From Myxococcales bacterium (GTDB lineage Bacteria; Myxococcota_A; Polyangia; Polyangiales; Ga0077539), in the NCBI GenBank assembly GCA_016792845.1, contig JAEUKH010000043.1:25846-89845 (forward strand): a DNA stretch of 64,000 bases. Direction: 5' to 3'. The notes under the pieces are model-generated. The model made no database searches, was not told the DNA's origin, and saw only the letters and a list, made by a program, of their open reading frames with translations. Position 1 is the stretch's first letter; every line of letters begins with the position of its first letter. Shown one piece after another: positions 21,451 through 34,164 of the stretch. The translations under genes and the position numbers were made by a program.

Positions 21451-23070
21451 TCAGAAGAACAGATGCAGCGCCACAGAGCCCGAGGTCATGCTCGCGGTGT
21501 AGAGACCGCGGTTGATCTGGCAGCCGCCCGCGCCGATCGAGTTGCTCGTCGCGCACGCCGTGGCGGGGTCGAGCTGCGGCGAAGGCACGGTCACCGCGCG
21601 CTGCGCCGTCGCGGCGTTGTTGTCGTTGAAGAAGAAATGGCCGAAGCCGAGCGAGACGCCCACGCGCCGGCCGAAGCGGTACGTCGCGCCCGCGTGCACG
21701 CTCATGCCCGAGTAGGCCGGGAGGTGAATCTGCGCCAGATCGGGCGAGGCCCCGCGCGACTCCATGCTGAAGCCCGCGCGCACCGCGAGGCGCCCCGGCA
21801 CGACGTTGTAGTCGCCACCGATGCGGACGCCGATCACGTCGGCGAGGGCCGAGCGGATGGTGAGCTCGGGCGGCGCCGGCACGGGCATGAGCGAGGTGTT
21901 GATGCTGCCGGTGTTGCGCAGCGAGGTCTCGCTGAGGTTCGAGGTGCGCTCGTAGATGAAGGTCGCTTCGATGTCGAAGACGTCGTCGGTGGCGGCGTCG
22001 TACTGGCCCGTGCCGTCGTTCTGTTGCGGACGCCCCGCGCGCGGCATGTGGTAGCGCGCCGAGGCCCTCACATTCCACGGGAGCGAGACGCGCATCGAGT
22101 CGATGGTGAAGCCGCCGTCGACGGCCGGCGTCGCGCCGGTGCCGTAGGGGTTGAAGCGCGTCGTGGCCTCGCCCGAGGCGTCGACCGGGGCGGTGTACCG
22201 AAGGTTGGCCCCGAAGGTGAGGTTCGGCAGAGGCATCACCTGCACGCCCGCGCTAAACCCGAAGAGGATGCCCGTCGCGTTCAGGCCGATGAAGACGTCT
22301 GACGAGGGCGACTGCGGCGCCGTGCGGTCGGCGTTCGAGTGCAGCCCGAACTGAAAGTTGGCGAAGCCCACGTGCAGCGCCGCGCCCACGCGCAAGAAGC
22401 GGTTCACGTTGAACGAGGCGCCGAAGGTCGGGTAGAGCACCGTGAGCTGCTTGCGAAACAGCAGGTAGCGCGCAGGCGAGGGCGCGTCGAAGCTGTTACC
22501 CATCGAGTCCCGCGCCGTCACCGTGTCAGGGAAGTTCTGCGCCGACCCCTGGGTGCTCGGCGAGAAGATGCCGAACCCGAGGGTGATGCGGTTCGACAGC
22601 CGGTAGCTCCCGAGGATCATCGGCGCGAGGCCCACCCCGGGCTCTTTGCAGATCTGCGGGTACGCCGTCGGCCGCGAATCGAACGCGTACCGGGGCTCCG
22701 AGTTGCCCTCCATCAGGTTCGGGTCGAAGCGCGTGCCGTCGACGTTGACCGTCGCGTTGGCCGTGGTGTCGTAGTTGCCCTGGCGCTGAAAGCAGTGCGT
22801 AAACGACGACAGGTTGCTGCCGATCGAGAGCTGAAGCCCGCGAAGGTCGCCGATGGTGGCGATGTTGTGCATCACCCCCGAGGCGTCACGCGCGGTCGAT
22901 TGCACCGCACCCGCACGACCGAACGCGATGGTGCCGTTCTCAGGCAGCTCGACGCCGTAACCGTAAGCCGCCCCGGTGCGCAGCAGGCTCACCGCCGCCG
23001 CCAAGGGCGCCGCCCATCGACCCATTTTGCGCATCACACGCCTCTCGAACCTGTACCGCATCGGTAGCAT
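21451..23070 (-). CDS. Outer-membrane beta-barrel protein, FadL/OmpP1/TodX-like
   Basis: Signal peptide MRKMGRWAAPLAAAVSLLRTGAAYG. There are alternating amphipathic beta-strands throughout. C-terminal ...SVALHLFF has the terminal aromatic (Phe) of an OMP beta-signal. Start uncertain (23070, 23061 or 23034). Confidence 0.6.
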   Translation of the reverse strand: MLPMRYRFERRVMRKMGRWAAPLAAAVSLLRTGAAYGYGVELPENGTIAFGRAGAVQSTARDASGVMHNIATIGDLRGLQLSIGSNLSSFTHCFQRQGNYDTTANATVNVDGTRFDPNLMEGNSEPRYAFDSRPTAYPQICKEPGVGLAPMILGSYRLSNRITLGFGIFSPSTQGSAQNFPDTVTARDSMGNSFDAPSPARYLLFRKQLTVLYPTFGASFNVNRFLRVGAALHVGFANFQFGLHSNADRTAPQSPSSDVFIGLNATGILFGFSAGVQVMPLPNLTFGANLRYTAPVDASGEATTRFNPYGTGATPAVDGGFTIDSMRVSLPWNVRASARYHMPRAGRPQQNDGTGQYDAATDDVFDIEATFIYERTSNLSETSLRNTGSINTSLMPVPAPPELTIRSALADVIGVRIGGDYNVVPGRLAVRAGFSMESRGASPDLAQIHLPAYSGMSVHAGATYRFGRRVGVSLGFGHFFFNDNNAATAQRAVTVPSPQLDPATACATSNSIGAGGCQINRGLYTASMTSGSVALHLFF

Positions 23071-23137
23071 AACCTCCGGTCGCAACGCATCGCACGGTCG
23101 CCACCCGTCGATCGCCCCCGGAGCCCACAACAACCGC

Positions 23138-23857
23138 ATGGTCCGACTTCGATCTCTCGCTCGCGCGTGGCCCGTACTGGTGATGCTCGCCGCTCCGCCG
23201 GTCGTTCTGCAAGTCCCAATCGTCCGCGCCTTCGTTCTCTCGACCGCTGACGCGTTGCGACACGGGGGCCCTGCGGCCTTGGCGATGTACCTCGGGCTCT
23301 ACATCGTCGGTTCGCTCCTCACCGCGCCGATGGCCTTGCTTTCGGGCCTCGCGGGCTTCGCCTGGGGCTTCTCTTGGGGCCTCGCCGCCGCGCTCCCGAT
23401 CGCGACCATTGGGGCCACGTCGGCCTTCCTCGGGGGGCGACTCTTGTCACGCCTCGGGTGGGTCCGCGCGCGTCTCGGTCACCCCAAGATGCGCCTCATC
23501 GACGCGGTGGTGCGGGCCGACGGCTTCCGCATCGCGGCGCTCCTCCGCTTGAGCCCCGTGATGCCGCAGAACCTCTTGAGCTACGCGCTCGGCACGACGC
23601 CGCTCAAGCTCTGGCAGTTCTCGGCCTCGACCTTCCTCGGCATGGTGCCCGCGACGGTCTTGCACGTCTACGTCGGCTCGGTGGTGCGCGACGCGAGCGA
23701 GCTCATGTCGGGCCGCGGGGGCCCCGGCGGCGCCGCGCGTTGGGCCCTGCCCGTCTTGGGCCTGGTCGCCACGGTGGCCTTCCTCGCGATGGTGATGCGC
23801 CTCGCGAAGCGGCAGATCGCTGAGAGCATGGCCCGGGTCGAGCCGCAAGGGCCCTGA
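23138..23857 (+). CDS. DedA / TVP38-TMEM64 family membrane protein
   Basis: Multi-TM protein with a SNARE-assoc-like core (FRIAALLRLSPVMPQNLLSYALGTTPLKLWQF). Divergent from the OMP gene. Confidence 0.75.
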   Translation: MVRLRSLARAWPVLVMLAAPPVVLQVPIVRAFVLSTADALRHGGPAALAMYLGLYIVGSLLTAPMALLSGLAGFAWGFSWGLAAALPIATIGATSAFLGGRLLSRLGWVRARLGHPKMRLIDAVVRADGFRIAALLRLSPVMPQNLLSYALGTTPLKLWQFSASTFLGMVPATVLHVYVGSVVRDASELMSGRGGPGGAARWALPVLGLVATVAFLAMVMRLAKRQIAESMARVEPQGP

Positions 23858-23866
23858 GCGCCCCGC

Positions 23867-26326
<2,460 letters not shown>

Positions 26327-26471
26327 AGGCTTCCGCCGCGAGTCTAGTCTGCGGCGAGCTCGGCCACCTAGAGATTCAACGCGCCTCGCGCCGCGCGGCC
26401 GTTGCACACCCCGCGCGGGGGAATTCTTTGCGCCCGAGCGTGACAGTGGCGACGCCCACCGAAGGCGGTCT

Positions 26472-28436
<1,965 letters not shown>

Positions 28437-28478
28437 ACGGTTGTCGCTGACAGGGCCTTCGGTGTACTCCCGAGGCCA

Positions 28479-28889
28479 GTGATGGCACGACGCACTCTTC
28501 GACAGTGGGGCCTTCTGCTTGGGGCCCTCGCGCTCGCAACCTCGGCGTGTGACCCGCCGGGGCTCCCGAACCAGGGCTCTACCACCGCGACGACGGCCGC
28601 GCGCCCGAGCACGCCCGGCGGCGAGTCGACGGCGCCTCCGTCGCCCGAGGCGGTGCGCGAAGGCCAGGGCCACTTCGAGCGCGCCTGCGCGCGGTGCCAC
28701 ACCGGCGACGAGCCCTCGGGCGGCCGCTTGAACGACCTCAGGGTGACCGCGGCCCGCATCGACGAGGTGCTCCACGCGGGCAGCGACGACCACCTCGGGT
28801 TGATGCCGGCCCTCGCGCCGGGGCAGCTCACCGAGGCGCAGCTCCCGGCCTTGGTGGCGTACCTCCGCTCGATCGCCGCGGTGCGCTGA
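28479..28889 (+). CDS. Monohaem c-type cytochrome lipoprotein
   Basis: Lipobox LALATSAC followed by CxxCH (CARCH). Confidence 0.7.
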   Translation: MMARRTLRQWGLLLGALALATSACDPPGLPNQGSTTATTAARPSTPGGESTAPPSPEAVREGQGHFERACARCHTGDEPSGGRLNDLRVTAARIDEVLHAGSDDHLGLMPALAPGQLTEAQLPALVAYLRSIAAVR

Positions 28890-28902
28890 GCCCGAGCGGC
28901 CC

Positions 28903-30921
28903 TTACTGGGCCAGGGTCACGCTCGCCATTCGCATGAGAAAATCGAAGTCTGCGTGAGAGTGCTGCACCATCGCGGGGCGGCTTGAGACCACCCGCAAGG
29001 GCCGCGACGGCGCCGCGTCGGTGAGCACACGGAAGCGCTCGCCCCGCGCCAGGGTGCGGGTGCCGAGGGGCGTCGTCGAACCGACCTCGTAGACCACCAC
29101 CCCGGTGCCGTCTTCGTAGGCCAGCACGTCGATGTCGGAGCGCCGCGAGGCGAGGCAGGTGTGCGGCGCGACGTGGGTGCTGAAGCGCCACTCGGTGCCG
29201 AGCAGCGCGCCCTCGACCGAGGGCACGAAATCGCTGTCAGAGAGGGTGCCGTCGCAGCCCTGGGCGGGGTCGGCTTCGAGCCACGCGATCGAGGGCACCG
29301 TGGCCACCGCGCGCATCAGGGTGTCGGGCGCCACGAGGCTCGACGCGAGGGGCAGCGCGCCCGCCATCGCGGCGGGGCTGTCGTTGCCGTTCTGCGTGAA
29401 GGTCACCCGGCCCGCGCCGTCGAGCGATTGCACCACCAGGCGACGCTGACCCGAGGCGCCGGTCGGCTCGGCGTACCGAAACGTCGTACCCACAAAGCCG
29501 CCCGACTCTGCCGGAACATACCCCGCGTGGTTGTACGTCTCGACCAGCGACTGCCCGAAGGCCGTCACCGCGGCGCCCTCGCTCAGCACGCGGTACACCC
29601 CCGCCGCGCCGCCCACCGAGACGATGCGATGCTGCCCCGGGCCGAGGTCGTCGAAGGTCGCGAGGGTCTCGTTCACCCCCGCCGCCATCACGCGCTGAAC
29701 CACCACCCGCGTCGGCGCCATGGGCCCTGTGACCACCGTGACCGCGCTCCGCGCCCAGGTGAGGAGCTGCTGCCCCTGAGGGGCCCCTTCGAGGGTCGTT
29801 GCGGCCTCAAGCTGGTCGGTGTTGCCGTTGTCGTGGAGCCAGGCCACAAACGGCCCCGTGGCCTCAACCTGCACCGTGCCCGGGCGCGTAAACGCGAGGT
29901 CGGCCACGCCCTGAGCGGGCACCGTGAGCGACTGCGTCGAGGCCGCAGACCCGTCGGGCAAAAAGGTCACGCTCAGCACCGTCTCGCGCGGCGCGTGGAA
30001 GTGAACCGACCCGGGGCCCGGCATGAACGCGTAGCCCAGGATGCGCGGCGTCACGCACACCCCGCTCGAACACACCTGACCGCCCACGCACGCCCGGCCG
30101 CAGCCGCCGCAGTGGCTCGCGCTCGCGCGGGTGTCGACCTCGCAGCCCGTGCTCGCCATCTGGTCGCAGTCTGCGAAGTGCATGTTGCACTGCAACAAAC
30201 ATCGCCCCGCCTCGCAGGCCGCCGCGCTGTTGGCCCCCGCGGCGCAGGCCGCGCCGCAGGCCCCGCAGTGCGCGACGGCGCGCGAGAGGTCGACCTCGCA
30301 GCCGTTGTCGGCCCGCCCGTCGCAGTCGCCGAAGCTCGGCCCGCAAGCGAGCGAGCACTGCGCGGCCGCGCACCGCGGGGTCGCGTTGGCCCCCCCGGCG
30401 CAGACCGTGCCGCAAGCCCCGCAGTGGCTCGCCGTCGTGTCGAGGGCGACCTCGCAGCCGTTGCCGGGGTTGTTGTCGCAGTCGGCGAAGCCCGCCGCGC
30501 AGCGAAGGCCGCAGACGCCGCCCGCGCAGGTCGCCGCGGCGTTGCTCGCGCCCGCGCAGACGGTGTCGCAGGCGCCGCAGTGGGCGACGTCGCTGGCGAG
30601 GCGCACGCAGGCCATCGCGCATCGGATCTCGCCCTCGGCGCAAGGCCCGAGATCGGGCGCGACGTCGGCCGCGGCGTCGAGGCTCGCGGCGTCAGCGCCG
30701 GTGTCGACAGGGCCCGCGTCGTCGCGCCCCGCGTCGGAGCCGCCGTCGCCCGCGTCGTCGACGGTCACCGCGTCGAGGCCCGCCCCGTCGCGCGCCGCGA
30801 CATCGTCAGGGAAGGCGCCGAGGTCGCCCACCACCGCGGGGTTGTTGCTGCCCCCGCACGCCCCGACGAGCCCCGCCAGCGCCGCCGCCCATCGAGAAGC
30901 CTTCAAGCTCTTGTCGCGCAT
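28903..30921 (-). CDS. Lipoprotein with four tandem Myxococcus-type cysteine-rich repeats and a C-terminal beta-rich domain
   Basis: Lipobox LAGLVGAC. There are four ~45-aa repeats of HCGACGxxCxxGxNxxxxCxxGxCxLxCxxxFxDCDxxxxNGCEVDL. Confidence 0.7.
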   Translation of the reverse strand: MRDKSLKASRWAAALAGLVGACGGSNNPAVVGDLGAFPDDVAARDGAGLDAVTVDDAGDGGSDAGRDDAGPVDTGADAASLDAAADVAPDLGPCAEGEIRCAMACVRLASDVAHCGACDTVCAGASNAAATCAGGVCGLRCAAGFADCDNNPGNGCEVALDTTASHCGACGTVCAGGANATPRCAAAQCSLACGPSFGDCDGRADNGCEVDLSRAVAHCGACGAACAAGANSAAACEAGRCLLQCNMHFADCDQMASTGCEVDTRASASHCGGCGRACVGGQVCSSGVCVTPRILGYAFMPGPGSVHFHAPRETVLSVTFLPDGSAASTQSLTVPAQGVADLAFTRPGTVQVEATGPFVAWLHDNGNTDQLEAATTLEGAPQGQQLLTWARSAVTVVTGPMAPTRVVVQRVMAAGVNETLATFDDLGPGQHRIVSVGGAAGVYRVLSEGAAVTAFGQSLVETYNHAGYVPAESGGFVGTTFRYAEPTGASGQRRLVVQSLDGAGRVTFTQNGNDSPAAMAGALPLASSLVAPDTLMRAVATVPSIAWLEADPAQGCDGTLSDSDFVPSVEGALLGTEWRFSTHVAPHTCLASRRSDIDVLAYEDGTGVVVYEVGSTTPLGTRTLARGERFRVLTDAAPSRPLRVVSSRPAMVQHSHADFDFLMRMASVTLAQ

Positions 30922-30959
30922 CGCCGCCTAGCTAACGCCAACACCCGCGCGGGCACAAC

Positions 30960-32168
30960 TCAAGGCATCACGCGACCGACGCCCACGGTGCCCGCCCACG
31001 CAGGCAGGGCCCCGACGCGCTCGGCCGGCGGGCATCGCCCCGTGCGCAGCGTCACCGCAAGCCCCGTCACCGCCCAGACGGGTCGCGAGAGCACCACCCG
31101 AACGCGCTCATACTCGCGATCGCACTGGAGCTCGCCCAGCTCGCTCGGAGGCACCAGGATGCCCTGGCAGCCCGCCGCCCCGAGGTGCACGAACGCGTGG
31201 CTGCCCGCGGGCACCGGCCGACGAAACACCGGGTGAAACAAGCCGAAAAAGCGGAGCCTGAGGGTGATCACGTCGCGCGCCTCGATCGCTTCGAGGGCGC
31301 TCAACACCTCGCCGCGCCGCAGCCCGCGCGCGCCGGTCGACTCGGTGACGAGCCGCAGCCCCACATACTCGCCCGCCTCGGCCATCATGATGGGCCGCCG
31401 CGCGTGCTGAATCTCGCGCACCCTGACGGCGCCGAGGCCAGGCACGAAATAGCGCTCTCCGACCCTGAGGCGCCCCTGCTGCACGAAGACCTCGACCACC
31501 GTCGAGGCGCCCTCGCGGCGGTAGGTCTCGACGATCTGGGCCAGGGCCGGAGCGTCGCCGTCCCACGAGACGTCGGGCATGCGCTCGAGCACCTCGGCGA
31601 GGGCGCCCACGGTCGGCTGCCAGCGCGCGTCGTGGCGGCCCTTCAGCGCCGAGCCTCGCACGATGGCCACCTCGTCGCCGTTGTAGCCGCACATCCACAG
31701 CGACTCGCGCACCTCGGCCTCGACCGCGTCGAGCCAGCCCGGCTCCGCCGCCGCATCGCACGCGTTGACGAACACCACCAGCCGAGACTCCGGCACGCCG
31801 CGGAGGTGCATGAGGTGCTCTCGGGTCTGCGCCTCGACCGAGCGCTCGGCGTGCACCACCAAGATCGCCGCGCGGCACTGGCTCACGGCGCGAGAGGCCC
31901 ATCGCAAGAGCGATCGGTCGCCGGGCACGTCGACGAGGGTGTACCGACGCCGCGCCGACACCACCAGGCCCTCGACCACCCGCGGCCCGCGGGCCTCGCG
32001 GTCGACCCGCGGCCCCGCCACCCAGACGCCCCCGGGCTGCCCCGACAGCGCGAGCGACAGCGCCTCAAGGAGCGTGCTCTTGCCGCTCGCCGCGTGCCCC
32101 ACGATGGCCACCGGCAACACGGGTCGATCGCGGTACATCTCTCGTTCGCCGTCTGTGCTCGACGCCAT
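30960..32168 (-). CDS. EF-Tu/SelB-like translational-GTPase-fold protein with degenerate G motifs
   Basis: P-loop GHAASGKST and DVPGD (G3) are present. NKxD is replaced by NACD. Domain II is a beta-barrel (RVGERYFVPGLGAVRVREIQHARRPIMMAEAGEYVGLRL). Confidence 0.65.
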   Translation of the reverse strand: MASSTDGEREMYRDRPVLPVAIVGHAASGKSTLLEALSLALSGQPGGVWVAGPRVDREARGPRVVEGLVVSARRRYTLVDVPGDRSLLRWASRAVSQCRAAILVVHAERSVEAQTREHLMHLRGVPESRLVVFVNACDAAAEPGWLDAVEAEVRESLWMCGYNGDEVAIVRGSALKGRHDARWQPTVGALAEVLERMPDVSWDGDAPALAQIVETYRREGASTVVEVFVQQGRLRVGERYFVPGLGAVRVREIQHARRPIMMAEAGEYVGLRLVTESTGARGLRRGEVLSALEAIEARDVITLRLRFFGLFHPVFRRPVPAGSHAFVHLGAAGCQGILVPPSELGELQCDREYERVRVVLSRPVWAVTGLAVTLRTGRCPPAERVGALPAWAGTVGVGRVMP

Positions 32169-32485
32169 CGCCGCGGCCTCCGTGGGGCGAAGGTACCCTA
32201 TCGCGCGCGCAACCTGCTCCGATTCAGCGGAGGTCGCACGCGCCGCGCGGCGTCTACGGTGTCGGCTGCGACGATGCGCGGCGGGGCCGCCTCACCCCTC
32301 GGGCGCGCGGGCGCAGTTTGCCGCCGAGGCCGTTGAAGCGCCGGGCGCGTCGGTACGTTCGAGCGAACTGACCGCCCGGTGAGGCTCATGCCTTGCGCGG
32401 GCCTTGAACGTGTGGTTCACCCGTTGCCCCGAAAACGCCAAGAGTGGCCCTGGTCGCGGGCACGGCACGAGTGAGGCGCGAGACG

Positions 32486-33706
32486 ATGTTGCACCGCAGC
32501 ACGCCCAAAAGGGCAATTCTTTCAGTCTTTTCAATGATCCTCGCGTGGAGCGTGGGCGGTGATGTTGCAGCGCAGCATCGCCACCGCAACCGGCCCGCGA
32601 GCTGCCCCCCGGCGCAGCACGACTCGGCGGGGCACTGCTGCGGCGCGGGTGAAGAGTGGGTCGAGGCCCGCAACACCTGCGTGTGCCTCGAAGCCAACGG
32701 CTGCGCGGCCCCAGCGCCCCCGCCCGCCCCCGTCGCGACGACGCCCGCGCCGGCGCCTGTGGCCGTGACGCCGGCGCCGACCCCCGCGCAGCCGCCTCCC
32801 ACCGAGCGGCGCTGCCCCGAGGGCATGGTGCTCATCGAGCGCGGCACCTACCAGCGCGGCGCCCCCATCGGCGAGGGCGAGCGCAACGAGACCCCGGCCC
32901 ATCGCGTCGAGCTCTCGCCCTACTGTGTCGACCGCACCGAGGTGACCGTGGGGCGCTACCGCGGGTGTGTGGCCTCGGGCGCGTGCACCGTGCACACGAC
33001 CCTGCAGCTGCCGGGGCTGCCTCCGGCGCAGCTCCCGGCGTGGAATTCGTACTGCAACGGCGGCCGCACCGACCGCGACGAGCACCCGATGAACTGCGTC
33101 GACTGGGCGCAAGCGAGCGCCTACTGCGCCTCACGGAGCGCGCGGCTCCCCACCGAGGCCGAGTGGGAGTTCGCAGCCCGCGGGGTCGAGCCGCGGCGCT
33201 TCCCCTGGGGCGACACGCCGCCGAACCAAGACCGGGTCAACGGCTGCGACGCCGCGTGCCGCGCCGCCCTCCTGCCCGCGGGCATCGCCCCCCAAGGCGC
33301 CTTTCCCCACAACGACAATTTCGCGGGTACCGCGCCGGTGTCGAGCTTCCCCGGCGGGGCCTCGCCGCTCGGCCTCCACGACATGGCCGGCAACGTCATG
33401 GAGTGGACCGCCGACTGGTTCGGCCCCTACGGCTCGATGCCCCAGACCGACCCCACGGGCCCCATGACCGGCACCACCCGCGCGGTGCGCGGCGGTCACT
33501 GGTACTCGTCGCAGCCGGGCGCCCTGCGCACCACCGCGCGGGTCGAGGCCAACCCCACCGTGCGCCTCGCCACCCTCGGGTTTCGCTGCGTGGCCGCCCC
33601 GCAGGTCGTGGCCATCGCGCCGCCGCCGCCGCCCGAGCCCCCGCCCGCCCCGGAGCCCCCGCCCGCGCCCGAACCTTCGCGCCGCGGCCGTCACCGCGAC
33701 CGCTGA
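32486..33706 (+). CDS. Formylglycine-generating-enzyme (FGE)/sulfatase-modifying-factor domain protein, secreted
   Basis: Signal peptide MLHRSTPKRAILSVFSMILAWSVGG. FGE-sulfatase motifs RLPTEAEWEFAARG, MAGNVMEWTADWF, RGGHWYS...LGFRC. Pro-rich N- and C-terminal linkers. Confidence 0.8.
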   Translation: MLHRSTPKRAILSVFSMILAWSVGGDVAAQHRHRNRPASCPPAQHDSAGHCCGAGEEWVEARNTCVCLEANGCAAPAPPPAPVATTPAPAPVAVTPAPTPAQPPPTERRCPEGMVLIERGTYQRGAPIGEGERNETPAHRVELSPYCVDRTEVTVGRYRGCVASGACTVHTTLQLPGLPPAQLPAWNSYCNGGRTDRDEHPMNCVDWAQASAYCASRSARLPTEAEWEFAARGVEPRRFPWGDTPPNQDRVNGCDAACRAALLPAGIAPQGAFPHNDNFAGTAPVSSFPGGASPLGLHDMAGNVMEWTADWFGPYGSMPQTDPTGPMTGTTRAVRGGHWYSSQPGALRTTARVEANPTVRLATLGFRCVAAPQVVAIAPPPPPEPPPAPEPPPAPEPSRRGRHRDR

Positions 33707-33772
33707 GGCTTCGATGTTGCACCGCACAACGGTTGCGGTCGAGGGCCCTGACCGAGCACACTCTCGGCCCTC

Positions 33773-34159
33773 GTGAAGCCCTCCCCCACGCTGCTCCTGG
33801 TCGCCCTCTCGCTCGGGCGCTGCACCATCACGGCCACGCACACGGTGCGCCGCTTCGACGACCGACGCAGCCCCGCGACGGCGCCCTGCGAAGCGCCCGA
33901 GATCCTCACCGACCGCGGCGGCGCGCGACCGCGACAGACCCTCGCCGTGGTCACCGCCGAGTGCGGCCCCGACAAGCGGAGCGAGTGCGAGCGAGAGCTC
34001 CGCGCCGCGGTGTGCGCCGCCTCGGGCGACGCCGTCATCGAAGTGGCCGAGCGACGCGCGACCCGCACCCTCCGCCTCACCGGCATCGCCGTCGCGTGGA
34101 CCGACGACGAGGCCCCGCCCGAGCCCGTTCCGGCCCCCGCCCGCCGCGGGATGCAGTAG
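33773..34159 (+). CDS. Small secreted hypothetical protein
   Basis: N-terminal hydrophobic signal MKPSPTLLLVALSLGRC. No homology recognised. Confidence 0.4.
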   Translation: MKPSPTLLLVALSLGRCTITATHTVRRFDDRRSPATAPCEAPEILTDRGGARPRQTLAVVTAECGPDKRSECERELRAAVCAASGDAVIEVAERRATRTLRLTGIAVAWTDDEAPPEPVPAPARRGMQ

Positions 34160-34164
34160 GCCTC

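Noticed and set aside
29161-32336. 691-aa and 383-aa plus-strand ORFs opposite the Cys-repeat lipoprotein and GTPase-like genes
   Set aside because: Arg/His/Ala-rich junk translations. The opposite strand carries lipobox, Cys-repeat and P-loop features.
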